Assembly: GCA_002269645.1 (NCBI GenBank)
Contig: NIVC01000118.1
Coordinates: 1-64,000 of the forward strand
Origin: Macrostomum lignano
Taxonomy: Eukaryota
DNA: 64,000 bases
Direction: 5' to 3'
Position numbers and translations under genes: made by a program. Below are positions 30,819 through 44,238 of this stretch, in pieces. A model generated the notes under the pieces. That model saw nothing but the letters and a program-made list of their open reading frames with translations, was not told the DNA's origin and made no database searches. Each line of letters starts with the position of its first letter. The stretch's first letter is position 1.

Positions 30819-31719
30819 ATCCAATACCCTCGGTAGGGCTGCAGGCACCCTGGCGCAACTCATGGGCTCTCATAAACACGCTCACAGTGTATACAGTATA
30901 CAGTTGTCCTGACTTTTTGAAAGCATCTCAAGGACTTCCTCAAGCTGCCATCCGGCTTGGAAGCGAGCGGTCATTCAAAAGCGTCTAGAAATAGAAATCC
31001 AGAAAGTCAAACGAGATTTTCGGGCTGAAACGGAGTCTTCATTTTGTTTTAATCTAGTGACTGGAATGAATTTATTCAAATTATGCAAAATGACCTACAC
31101 TACAGTGAAGATTTTGCTTTTAGAAGTCTCTTTTCCATTGCTCGCTTTGAGTAAGCATGATACACTGCAAGACGTGAGCAGAATGACATGTAGGACGCTT
31201 TTCGTTGCAGAAAAGGATTGTTCTAATTATCCCAATTATTGCTAATACTGCTTCAAATTAGTTCGTAAAAGTGTCTTCAAAACTCGATCTTGTTTCTTTA
31301 ATTAGATTTGGCCATGGAGGCTGCAGAAGCTGGCTCAGTCTACTGACTTACAAAAACTTTTGGCTTTTAATCAATGCAACACGGTTGCCGTGAGGGCATG
31401 GACCAGTGACTTCAGGGTGGACTGCGGAGACTGACAAGTATAGCCCAGTGGGGAGTTGTAAATTGTGACTCATGGGAGTCTCCCGTTAGATTGATTAAAT
31501 ACAAGTACATGAAAATTTAATTGACCTTTCGAACGAGCGTTCAAGTTTGCCCTGTTCAAATCGGGCTGTTAACCCCTGTTCAAGTGGTAGACTTCTAGAA
31601 AAACACGGGGATCAGGATAGATATCTACTGGTAAATAGGGATTTGGGTTGCGATTTACCTGTGATAGGTAATGAGATTGGAGATACATTGGAATCTGGGC
31701 TAGGATCAGTTAATATTTG

Positions 31720-32213
31720 GATTGGAATCTGGATTGGGATCTGGATTGCTCTGAATTGGGATCTGGATTGGGATCTGGATTGGGATCTGGATTGGGATCT
31801 GGATTGCGATCTAGATTGGGATCTGGATTGGGATCTGGATTGGGATCTGGATTGGGATCTGGATTGGGATCTGGATTGGGATCTTGATTGGGAGCTGGAT
31901 TGGGATCTGGATTGCGATCTGGATTGGGATCTGGATTGGGATCTGGATTGGGATCTGGATTGGGATCTTGATTGGGAGCTGGATTGGGATCTGGATTGCG
32001 ATCTGGATTGGGATCTGGATTGCGATCTGGATTGGGATCTGGATTGGGATCTGGATTGGGATCTGGATTGGGATCAAGATTTGGATCTGGATTGAGATCT
32101 GGGTTAGGATCTGGATTGGGATCAAGATTTGGATCTGGATTGAGATCTGGGTTAGGATCTGGATTGGGATCAAGATTTGGATCTGGATTGAGATCTGGGT
32201 TAGGATCTGGATT
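31720..32213. repeat. 12-bp minisatellite (GATCTGGATTGG) in TRHR intron 3
   Basis: Direct reading; starts ~10 nt from the splice donor. Confidence 0.95.
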
Positions 32214-32222
32214 AAAACTTAC

Positions 32223-32454
32223 ACAGGGGAATCAAAAGCCGACGAAACTCCCGTCTGAACTTCACGGACATGGCGTTGTAAATGACGGGATTGACGGCAG
32301 AGTTCGAGTAGACCAGCAGGCGGCTGATGATCACGTACCACTCGGAGCTGATGCGGTAGCCGGCCGGCGCTATGCTGTTGTAGGCCACCAGGAAGCGGTA
32401 TGGCAGCCATAGCAGGGCGAACAGAACCACCACCACCAGCAGCATCTTCACCAC
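32223..32454 (-). CDS. TRHR: TRH-receptor-like GPCR, exon 3 (TM6-TM7)
   Basis: CCGCAG acceptor and GTAAG donor. [20 protein letters not shown]...[20 protein letters not shown] (NPxxY). Confidence 0.92.
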
Positions 32455-32469
32455 CTGCGGACGGGCGGG

Positions 32470-33145
<676 letters not shown>

Positions 33146-33720
33146 ATCATTGTCTTCATTCCTAAACAGAATCATAGCTATTTTTCAAGCCATGGGGTCT
33201 CGGCTATAGAGAATATGCTTGACTAACCCATTGTTCTGATGACTTGACTGTAGGGGGCACATCTTTTTAGACATATTTATTAGGCTAGCTGCCAGCATTG
33301 AGCGGCAAAAGGCAAGAAAGCTCAATGGGATGAATCGCATTCACTCTTGTTAGACGGTCCAGAAGCCCGAGACAATAAATGCATGGCCTGGCTTCGTGCG
33401 CTGCCTCGGGGTTTTTTAAAGTGAAAAGTAAAAATTGCGTGCCTGTTTGACTTTGTCCTCTTTAAAGCATTTGAAGGCCGTTAGAGATCTCATTTCGTCA
33501 ATCTCAGTTGTCATTTTTGCGTAGCTTCAGTTTGTGGGAAAAGGGAACGAAATTCTAGCCGCGGACCAGCTGCTCCGCTAATCTCCCCGAGCATTCAATG
33601 CCGCTGTGTGCCAGACCTTGGGAGTGAGAGTTAAATAGGGGCGGGTGTGTACTGTCACTTTAAATTCAGTACCTCACGCGATTAACCACAAATGGTTTGA
33701 TTAAGGTTTGTCTATCGATA

Positions 33721-34204
<484 letters not shown>

Positions 34205-34644
34205 GCCTCTGACAGGCTGTTGAGCGCCAGCCCCTCCAGTTTCAGTCAAACCTGGCAGAAAAAGTCGCCCAGCCAGCCTAAAAACTTTCATTCCGGAGAC
34301 CCCGCGCGGCAATTTCGCAGAATCTTTTCATTGCCCCCCGCTGACAGGCGAATTGCGTGTCACTCTCCGCTCCCCCCTCCCCTGAAGCACCGCTGCCAGA
34401 AACGTCTGTTTGGCGCAGAGAGGAGCTGTCCCAACATCAGTATTGGGCAGTTTGTTTGTAGGAAGTTTTCGGGCACCCATCCATGATGATTTATTGCTTC
34501 CATGTCTTGCCTGATTGCGAATCCCCGATGGTAAGAGAGGGAAGAGCGAGACTGAGGCCCAGGTAAAACACGGGATTAATATCCTAAGATTGCAGTCGAG
34601 CTCTCCACGGAAGCCATGTCTCAATAGATTTATAGAATATGAGT

Positions 34645-35295
34645 AGCTTTAGCGCCCCCTTTGCAGTAGCTTTGGCGCCCCCTTTGCAGTAGCTTTAGCG
34701 CCCCCTTTGCAGTAGCTTTGGCGCCCCCTTTGCAGTAGCTTTAGCGCCCCCTTTGAAGTAGCTTTAGCGCCCCCTTTGCAGTAGCTTTAGCGCCCCCTTT
34801 GCAGTAGCTTTGGCGCCCCCTTTGCAGTAGCTTTAGCGCCCCCTTTGCAGTAGCTTTGGTGCCCTCTTTGCAGTAGCTTTGGCGCCCCCTTTGAAGTAGC
34901 TTTAGCGCCCCCTTTGCAGTAGCTTTAGCGCCCCCTTTGCAGTAGCTTTGGCGCCCCCTTTGCAGTAGCTTTGGCGCCCCCTTTGCAGTAGCTTTAGCGC
35001 CCCCTTTGCAGTAGCTTTAGCGCCCCCTTTGCAGTAGCTTTGGTGCCCCCTTTGCAGTAGCTTTGGTGCCCCCTTTGCAGTAGCTTTAGCGCCCCCTTTG
35101 CAGTAGCTTTAGCGCCCTCTTTGCAGTAGCTTTAGCGCCCCCTTTGCAGTAGCTTTAGCGCCCTCTTTGCAGTAGCTTTGGCGCCCCCTTTGCAGTAGCT
35201 TTGGCGCCCCCTTTGCAGTAGCTTTGGCGCCCCCTTTGCAGTAGCTTTAGCGCCCCCTTTGCAGTAGCTTTGGCGCCCCCTTTGCAGTAGCTTTG
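34645..35295. repeat. 23-bp minisatellite (GCAGTAGCTTTAGCGCCCCCTTT)
   Basis: Direct reading, ~28 units; starts ~25 nt from the exon 2 donor. Confidence 0.97.
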
Positions 35296-35318
35296 TCACC
35301 CCAGGGCAACCGAATCAC

Positions 35319-35574
35319 CTGAATCTTGCTCTGATGGCTTCGCGCAGCATTTGAGCTTCTCAATGGAGCACCGTTTGATCCGCCTTCGCCTCGCTGATTG
35401 GCTGGCGCACCCGTGCCAAACAGAATCCGAGCTATTAACGAGTACATGATGGTCAGTAGTACCATCCCGTGCCACAACAGTAACCGAGCTTTACGAGTAC
35501 TGATTCAGTTACAGGATGAATAATACCAGATCGCCAGGTACAGGGACATGTAGGCACCGTTGGAGCGGTTGTAC
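35319..35574 (-). CDS. TRHR: TRH-receptor-like GPCR, exon 2 (TM5-ICL3); contains a noisy ~56-bp duplication with an in-frame stop as assembled
   Basis: TTTCAG acceptor and CAG|GTGATT donor. YNRSNGAYMSLYLA...LLTIMYSLIARILF matches TRHR TM5 (LYGFIARILF). Confidence 0.8.
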
Positions 35575-35604
35575 CTGAAATGTTTAAAGCGCTGTTTTCA
35601 TTAC

Positions 35605-36210
35605 AGGATGAAGCTCAATGATTGGCTGTCAGAGTCACGCTCAGGATACAAAATGAAGCTCTATGATTGGCTGTCAGAGAAACGCTCAGGATACAAAATG
35701 AAGCTCAATGATTGGCTGTCAGAGTCACGCTCAGGATACAAAATGAAGCTCTATGATTGGCTGTCAGAGTCACGCTCAGGATACAAAATGAAGCTCAATG
35801 ATTGGCTGTCAGAGTCACGCTCAGGATACAAATGAAGCTCTATGATTGGCTGTCAGAGTCACGCTCAGGATACAAAATGAAGCTCTATGATTGGCTGTCA
35901 GAGTCACACTCAGATACAAATGAAGCTCAATGATTGGCTGTCAGAGACACTCAGGATACAAAATGAAGCTCTATGATTGGCTGTCAGAGTCACACTCAGG
36001 ATAAAAATGAAGCTCTATGATTGGCTGTCAGAGACACGCTCAGGATACAAAATGAAGCTCTATGATTGGCTGTCAGAGTCACGCTCAAGATACAAAATGA
36101 ATCTCTATGATTGGCTGTCAGAGAAACGCTCAGGATACAAAATGAAGCTCTATGATTGGCTGTCAGAGACACGCTCAGGATACAAAATGAAGCTCTATGA
36201 TTGGCTGTTC
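35605..36210. repeat. 45-bp minisatellite filling most of TRHR intron 1
   Basis: AAATGAAGCTCTATGATTGGCTGTCAGAGTCACGCTCAGGATACA, ~13 units. Confidence 0.97.
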
Positions 36211-36245
36211 CAACCAAAGGACAAATGAACATAACTGCCACTTAC

Positions 36246-36856
36246 CGATGCCCACAAGCAGGTAGCACTAGGCTGCCATTAAACATGCTTTTCTGCTTAA
36301 TCATTGCCAAGTAGATCCAGGGCGAGTTGTACACCAATCCAAACAGCCAGACGCCGAAAATGATGCGCTTTGCTCGCTTCACGGTGCAAGCGGTCTGGGC
36401 GCTGATTGGATGACAGATGGCGATGTACCGCTCGACTGAGAAAGCCGTGATGGAGAAGGCGCTGGTGTTGACGCCTACGTAGGTGAGATATACAGTCATC
36501 TGGCAGCCGACTAGGCCTCCCAGAATCCAATGATCCCTGACTGAGTTCATCTCGGTGATTAGGGACACCGATCCGACCACCAGGACTATGAGATCAGCGG
36601 CTGACAAGGACACCAAGTAGCAATTGGTCGGGGTTAGCATGCGCGCTTTGGCGGTGAGGACCACCAGGATTACTAGAAGGTTGCCAATGAAACCAACTCC
36701 AAGATTGATGGCGCAGATGAGGCTGGCAACCAGGCGCATGGGGATGCTGTAGTACAGCTCCAGGTAGGGAATCGAGCTCAGGTCCAGCGGGGTTGCCGCG
36801 TCCTCAATGGTGGACATTGTGGACATTGGAGCGTCATGAACTTCGGTCGTGGACAT
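36246..36856 (-). CDS. TRHR: TRH-receptor-like GPCR, first coding exon (N-terminus, TM1-TM4)
   Basis: GFIGNLLVILVV, TPTNCYLVSLSAADL, SITAFSVERYIAICHPISAQ..CTVKRAKRII are hallmark TRHR stretches. Donor CG|GTAAGT. Confidence 0.93.
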
Positions 36857-37099
36857 TTTTTTAGCAACTATACTTTGATTTGACTTCCTTTGACTTTTTC
36901 TTCCGTTCTCTCTGGGGATCTGTCTGCGTCTTGCGAGTTGCCTGTAGCCACTTTAAATCCCCTAAACTCCCGGACCAATGGGGAAGAAGGGAGGGCCTGT
37001 CCGCTTGATTGGCTGGGATAGAAATTCTGCTCGAAATTAGCGAGACAAATGTTTATAGGCCTCTGGATTAGTACCAGTTTGATGGGTGCAGCATCCTGG

Positions 37100-38387
37100 A
37101 TGTGTGTGTTAGACATGAGTGTGTTAGACATGAGTGTGTTAGACATGAGTGTGTTAGACATGAGTGTGTTAGACATGAGTGTGTTAGACATGAGTGTGTT
37201 AGACATGAGTGTGTTAGACATGAGTGTGTTAGACATGAGTGTGTTAGACATGAGTGTGTTAGACATGAGTGTGTTAGACATGAGTGTGTTAGACATGAGT
37301 GTGTTAGACATGAGTGTGTTAGACATGAGTGTGTTAGACATGAGTGTGTTAGACATGAGTGTGTTAGACATGAGTGTGTTAGACATGAGTGTGTTAGACA
37401 TGAGTGTGTTAGACATGAGTGTGTTAGACATGAGTGTGTTAGACATGAGTGTGTTAGACATGAGTGTGTTAGACATGAGTGTGTTAGACATGAGTGTGTT
37501 AGACATGAGTGTGTTAGACATGAGTGTGTTAGACATGAGTGTGTTAGACATGAGTGTGTTAGACATGAGTGTGTTAGACATGAGTGTGTTAGACATGAGT
37601 GTGTTAGACATGAGTGTGTTAGACATGAGTGTGTTAGACATGAGTGTGTTAGACATGAGTGTGTTAGACATGAGTGTGTTAGACATGAGTGTGTTAGACA
37701 TGAGTGTGTTAGACATGAGTGTGTTAGACATGAGTGTGTTAGACATGGGTGTGTTAGACATGAGTGTGTTAGACATGAGTGTGTTAGACATGAGTGTGTT
37801 AGACATGAGTGTGTTAGACATGAGTGTGTTAGACATGAGTGTGTTAGACATGAGTGTGTTAGACATGAGTGTGTTAGACATGAGTGTGTTAGACATGAGT
37901 GTGTTAGACATGAGTGTGTTAGACATGAGTGTGTTAGACATGGTGTGTTAGACATGAGTGTGTTAGACATGAGTGTGTTAGACATGAGTGTGTTAGACAT
38001 GAGTGTGTTAGACATGAGTGTGTTAGACATGAGTGTGTTAGACATGAGTGTGTTAGACATGAGTGTGTTAGACATGAGTGTGTTAGACATGAGTGTGTTA
38101 GACATGAGTGTGTTAGACATGAGTGTGTTAGACATGAGTGTGTTAGACATGAGTGTGTTAGACATGAGTGTGTTAGACATGGTGTGTTAGACATGAGTGT
38201 GTTAGACATGAGTGTGTTAGACATGAGTGTGTTAGACATGAGTGTGTTAGACATGGGTGTGTTAGACATGAGTGTGTTAGACATGAGTGTGTTAGACATG
38301 AGTGTGCTAGACATGAGTGTGTTAGACATGGGTGTGTTAGACATGAGTGTGTTAGACATGAGTGTGTTAGACATGAGTGTGCTAGAC
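37100..38387. repeat. 15-bp minisatellite (GTGTTAGACATGAGT), ~85 units, probably in a TRHR 5'UTR intron
   Basis: Direct reading. On the minus strand it ends directly in CATCCAG, a plausible acceptor (~37099). Confidence 0.97.
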
Positions 38388-38984
38388 TGAACAGGATGTC
38401 AGACTAAATAGAGTGTCAGAGGGAAACATTATGTTAGAAATTTCTAAAGGCAGAACTTGATGTGACAGCCGTGAACGATTCTCAAAGAAATTTAATAAGT
38501 GCCAAAATGTGTTCATATAAATAAGAAATGAAGTCCTAAGCCTCAAATCTGACCAATAAATGATCAGATCCCATCTGTTACATCCTCGGTTAGAAAAATG
38601 ATAAATTATTATAGAAAAGGAAGCTGCACCTTCTGACACCCAATGAATTATGCTGTCATTATGTACCAGTCGAAATCCCTTTTAGAAGCGGCGGCATTCC
38701 CTGTGGGAAATCAATGGCTGCGGGATCCCCGTCTCATGCGAGTAATTTCCGGCGCGAAGCAGACGGGGGAGGCGGCGATGGGCAATTTGGAAATTTGGGG
38801 CTTCCCGTGGGATGCAGAGGCAAATTATTTTTCCAACCTGCAGATTCTTCAGCTTTAATTTTCTTCTACTAAAAGCAATTTGCAAAATTAGCAGAAAAAT
38901 ATTTTTTTCTGGAGAAAATTTTCCGACAGCGACAAAACTGATGCAGCAATGCAGCTGCTTAACATGTAGCCGCTTTAGCCAGAT

Positions 38985-39275
38985 TCCGCCCCCCTCCTGA
39001 ACTGAATCCGCCCCCGATTCCGCCCCCCTCCAGAACTGAATCCGCTCCGATTCCGCCCACTCCAGAACTGAATCCGCTCCGATTCCGCCCCCTCCAGAAC
39101 TGAATCCGCCCCCGATTCCGCCCCTCCAGAACTGAATCCGCTCCGATTCCGCCCACTTCAGAACTGAATCCGCTGTCGATTCCGCCCCCCTCCTGAACAG
39201 AATCCGCTCCGATTCCGCCCACTTCAGAACTGAATCCGCTCTCGATTCCGCCCCTTCCAGAACTGAATCCGCTCC
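38985..39275. repeat. ~30-bp minisatellite (CAGAACTGAATCCGCTCCGATTCCGCCCCCTC)
   Basis: Direct reading, ~9 units. Confidence 0.92.
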
Positions 39276-39982
39276 CGATTTAACCATTTCCAAACTTAAA
39301 TTCGCTGTTCTAAAAATTGAATCCGCTCCATTCACTTTCAATTAATAAAAAATTGGTGTTTGAAAGCCAAGCTCAGGAGGTTTTTGATGCATACGTCGTA
39401 CGAGCTATTTATAAGTTAGACATTTGTCCGCTTTATTAGAGAACTTTGATAGGGCTGACAGGGCGAGTCCTAGAGTACTCAGAGCATCAGTCGCACTGTA
39501 GTCAGAGAAAATCATTATTCCGACTTTCAAAAAAAGAGATTTTAATCCGTCGGTTTGCTAGAATTTTCAACTTAGCAAAGCACTCAGTTGACCATCTTCA
39601 AGAGAAAAAAATGGATTATCTTATAGAGAAAATGTTCAGCTGACGGGATCAAGACTCAAACTTGAAAAAAGAGATTAGGAATAAAAGGCTGACTTAATCC
39701 AGCTTAAATTTTTTTCAACAAAAAAATAACGAAAAAGTATTTGAGCTGAGGGAACTGACTAGAATTACAGCAGGAATAAAATTTGACAAGTAGAAAAAAC
39801 TGCTAACTGATCTGACATGTGAAGTGACGGATGGGCATTTTCCGTCCGGACTAGAAATGTATTGCACGCTCATTAATAGTACAAATCTTATCTTGTCATC
39901 AACGCGTTGTAAGGGATTAGAATGTAACAGATTATAATCTGCTCTAAAAAGGCTCAGTTTTCTTCTCACTGTTCTTCCATTC

Positions 39983-41049
39983 TCATTTCTTCTTCTTCCT
40001 GGGCGCTCGCTTTTTCGTCTTCTGCTCAATGAGCAGCAACGACTGCTTCTTGACGGCCGCCCTGGACAGGACCTCGCCGTCGCCGTCCGCTCCGTCGCCA
40101 CCAGAGTCCGAGTCGTCATCGTCGTAGACGTCACGACCGCCGCCGCCACCCCCGCCAGCGCCTCCGCCGCCGCCGCCGCCGACACCGACGCCGCCAGAGC
40201 CCAACTTGACCCGCACGTTCTGCTGCGGCAGCTTCGACTCCACCTGAGCGCTGAACTCTTCGCTGCGCATGTCGCGCAGTCGCTGATCGACGTCCTCAGT
40301 CTCCAGCTCCTCCAGCAGCCGGATGACTTTCTCCTCGGCCTTGCCCAGCAGGTCGATGGCGTAAGTGTCGCTGGCCGGGTCGATTTGCGCCTGCAGCGCG
40401 TGGCTCCGCGGCGCCCGGACGTGGGCGAGCTTCTCGTGCAGGTGCTCCACGCCGGCCTTGGCCTGCACGAGAACTTTGGACAGCCGCTCGAGCTCCTCGG
40501 CGATGCTCACCCGGTCAGAGTCTTCGCGGAGCAGCTGGTTCTGGTACTTCTCCAGCAGAGTCTGGCCGGAGCTCAGCCGGCACTCGCCGGAATATTTCAG
40601 ATCGTCGAACTGCGCTCTCAGCTGGTCGCGCTGGTCGCGCAGCCGGCGAATCTGCGTCTCCGACGACGCCTTGAGACCTTCGAGGCGTTCGCGGGTGGCG
40701 CCCTGGCCTTCGAATCTGGCAACGACCTCGGGCAGGTCGCTGACTCCCGTGGCCTCTTTAATGCGCTGGAAGGCCTCCTGCAGATCTGTGATCCGCTCCG
40801 GCGGCTGCTGCAGCTGCTGCTGAGAGCCGCCCGGGGCAGCTGAAAACGACCTTTCGCCGCCGCCGCCGCCGCCGATGTCCTGCGTGCTGCTGCTCTCGCG
40901 CTGAGCGATTCGCCGTTCAATTTTCTCGTAGTGAAGCCGCTTCTCCTCGGCCTCGGCTTTCAGCTGCTGGATTTCCTGCTCGCGGCGCTTCCGCTCAGTG
41001 TAGACTGTCTCCTCTGTCTTCTTGAGCTTGAGCTGCGCCTCCTCCTTGT
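39983..41049 (-). CDS. CCDC151: Outer dynein arm docking complex subunit CCDC151/ODAD3, last exon
   Basis: CCGCAG acceptor, phase matches exon 2. Continuous frame KEEAQLKLKKTEETVYTERKRRE...AEEKRLHYEKIERR...AFQRIKEATG...LKYSG...NVRVKL to stop. Confidence 0.9.
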
Positions 41050-41134
41050 CTGCGGCGCAAGATTTGACGTTTTATGCCGGTTGTTTAAGTATTTAATGAA
41101 GTTTAATGAACTAACTGCATTGTGTCCTAGTTAG

Positions 41135-41790
41135 GGATGGAGTGGAGTGGGCGTGCTGAGTGAGGTGGGCGTGCTGAGTGAGGTGGGTGTGCTGAGTGAG
41201 GTAAGCAGCGTGATGAGTGAGGTGGGTATGCTGAGTGAGGTAAGCAGCGTGATGAGTGAGATGGGCGTGCTGAGTGAGGTGGGTGTGCTGAGTGAGGTGG
41301 GTGTGCTGAGTGAGGTAAGCAGCGTGATGAGTGAGGTGGGTGTGCTGAGTGAGGTGGGTGTGCTGAGTGAGGTAAGCAGCGTGATGAGTGAGGTGGGTGT
41401 GCTGAGTGAGGTGGGTGTGCTGAGTGAGGTGGGTGTGCTGAGTGAGGTGGGTGTGCTGAGTGAGGTGGGTGTGCTGAGTGAGGTGGGTGTGCTGAGTGAG
41501 GTGGGTGTGCTGAGTGAGGTGGGTGTGCTGAGTGAGGTAAGCAGCGTGATGAGTGAGGTGGGTGTGCTGAGTGAGGTGGGTGTGCTGAGTGAGGTGGGCG
41601 TGCTGAGTGATGTGGGTGTGCTGAGTGAGGTGGGTGTGCTGAGTGAGGTGGGTGTGCTGAGTGAGGTAAGCAGCGTGATGAGTGAGGTGGGTGTGCTGAG
41701 TGAGGTAAGCAGCGTGATGAGTGAGATAGGCGTGCTGAGTGAGGTGGGTGTGCTGAGTGAGGTAAGCAGCGTGCTGAGTGAGGTGGGCAC
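41135..41790. repeat. 18/21-bp minisatellite (GTGGGTGTGCTGAGTGAG / GTAAGCAGCGTGATGAGTGAG) in CCDC151 intron 2
   Basis: Direct reading. Confidence 0.97.
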
Positions 41791-42279
41791 ATATCGCGAA
41801 TTGGTTAACTTATAGAAGCTTTGAAGCTAAGCTGCCTTGTGCAAAGCAAACTGCTTCCCATCTTGCCTGTGCTCTTCAATACTGATTTCTTGTGTTCTTC
41901 CTAAATGTGTATTTAATTACTTCAACCGGGCAGCGCAGAGCTCTATGAGAAGCCCAGGAAAAGTTGCTCTCAGTTGCTCACGGATGACTGAAGATGCCCA
42001 GCTAGCCAACTTCAAAGTGAAGTCTGTCTTTGAGAAAACTCGAGTCAAAGAAACTGTTTCGATACTAGAGTAAGGTGCATGGTAGTGTTATGCCTGCAGA
42101 AAGAATGGCTGCCCACTGCATATCTGATGCTAATCTTTAATCCACGCCAACAGCTCATAGCACACGTCTAAAAGGTACTTCGGTATCGCAACAGTTTTTT
42201 GTCAAAAATAGTAGCATTTCGAAAAACCTAAACTTCAAACTTAAACAGGCCAGTTGCATCTGAAGCAGACACATTATTA

Positions 42280-43330
42280 TCCAAAACAAACATCCTCAAT
42301 CAAAACAGACACATCCTGATCCAAAACAGACACAGCCTTTTTTCAAAACAGACATCCTGATCTAAAACAGACATCCCCAATCAAAACAGACATCCCCAAT
42401 AAAAAAATACACATCCTCATCCAAAACAGACACATCATTTTTCAAAACAGACACATCCTGATCTAAAACAGACATCCCCAATCAAAACAGACATCCCCAA
42501 TCAAAACAGACATCCCCAATCAAAACAGACATCCCCAATCAAAACAGACATCCCCAATCAAAACAGACATCCCCAATCAAAACAGACATCCTCAACCAAA
42601 ACAGACACATCATTTTCCAAAAAATACACATCCTCATCCAAAACAGACACATCATTTTCCAAAACAGACACATCCTGATCTAAAACAGATATCCCCAATC
42701 AAAAAACATTCGCATACTCGTACTAATCCAAAACAGACGCATCCTCAACCAAAACAGACACATCCTCAACCAAAACAGACACATCCTCATCCAAAACAGA
42801 CACATCATTTTCCAAAACAGACACATCCTGATCTAAAACAGATATCCCCAATCAAAACATACGCATCCTAATCCAAAACAGACGCATCCTTAACCAAAAA
42901 CAGACACATCATTTTCCAAAACAGACGCATCCTTATCCATAAAAGACACATCCTCATCCAAAACAGACACATCCTCATCCAAAACAGACACATCCTCAAC
43001 CAAAAAAGACGCATAATTTTCCAAAATAGACACATCCTTATCTAAAACAGACACATCCTCATCCAAAACAGACACATCCTCATCCAAAACAGACGCATCC
43101 TTATACAAAACAGACCCATTCTCAACCAAAACAGACACATCCTCAACCAAAACAGACACATCCTCATCCAAAACAGACACATCCTCATCCAAAACAGACA
43201 CATCCTCATCCAAAACAGACGCATCCTCAACCAAAACAGACACATCCTCATCCAAAACAGACACATCCTCATCCAAAACAGACACATCCTCATCCAAAAC
43301 AGACGCATCCTCATCCAAAACAGACACACC
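42280..43330. repeat. 19-21-bp minisatellite (AAAACAGACACATCCTCATCC) in CCDC151 intron 2
   Basis: Direct reading; starts ~10 nt after the donor. Confidence 0.95.
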
Positions 43331-43341
43331 AGCCAACTCAC

Positions 43342-43726
43342 TTCTTTTAGCTTCCTCCTCCCGCAGCCGGAGCTCTGCAATTTCGACTCTGCAGTCGCGG
43401 ATCTCCTTCTCCATGGAGTCCAGTGAGTTGCCAAAGCTCAGATGGTCCTCGTGCAGTCGAGCTTTGATCTGCTCATAAGTTCGTTTGATATGCTCAGCCT
43501 CTTTCAGCTTCATGCTAGTCTTGTCCATTTTGTTCTCAAGGTCGCGCAGCTTCTGCGCCTCAGGCGACGCGTTGGCGTCGTCTCCATCGCCTCCAGCGGC
43601 GTTTGAGGAAGCCTCTCCGGATTCTTTCTTCAACGCCTGATTGGCAGTTTGCAGCTCTTGAAGGCGCTTTTGCTTACCGGAAGTTACGTGCTTCAAAGCG
43701 TTTAGCTTCTTCTTCGTGTCGCACAC
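43342..43726 (-). CDS. CCDC151: CCDC151/ODAD3 exon 2
   Basis: ACAAAG acceptor and A|GTGAGT donor. LNALKH...LRDLENKMDKTSMKLKEAEHIKRTYEQIKARLHEDHLSFGNSLDSME. Confidence 0.9.
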
Positions 43727-43950
43727 CTTTGTGTGCGAAGGGTAGAGAGTGAGGTTTTTTTCTCGTAGTTATTTTGGATTATTTAATGAATAAAAGGAAA
43801 AGACTTAAGCCACCCGACTCTTAAGTACCAACAAACTACCGATATTGGCGCTGAAGAGTCAATAGAAAGGGGAGAATTGCCTCATCGCTGGTTGTGGGAC
43901 GATTGCGCAGAACTGATAACCCAACCGGACGAAAATTTTCGCTAACTCAC

Positions 43951-44238
43951 CTTGTAGTCCATGGCCTGGATGGCATCCCTGCCAGTTTTATTAGCCATCG
44001 CGGCTCGCTCTACCGGCTTCTCCTGAAAGGCCTGCCCGATCACGTGATCATCAGCTGACAGCCTGTCGCGCAGCTGCTTGCGCAAGTCTTTATTCTCTTT
44101 GCGCAGCTGACCGATTCGCTCACGGTTGCGCTTCTGCGTGTAGTAGCTGTTTTCATAGTAGGCCTTGCGATCTCCCTCCAGCAAGTTGATCTTGCTTCTC
44201 AGCTCGTCCACTTTCTCTGTTAGAGAACGCTCAGTCAT
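43951..44238 (-). CDS. CCDC151: CCDC151/ODAD3 exon 1
   Basis: ATG; INLLEGDRKAYYENS...NRERIGQLRKENK (cf. LLEGDKKAFFES...ISQLRKE in the human protein). Donor AAG|GTGAGT. Confidence 0.9.

Noticed and set aside
42890-43341. EDVSVLD repeat tail on the CCDC151 exon 2 ORF
   Set aside because: It follows a GTGAGT donor and is read-through into an intronic 21-bp array.
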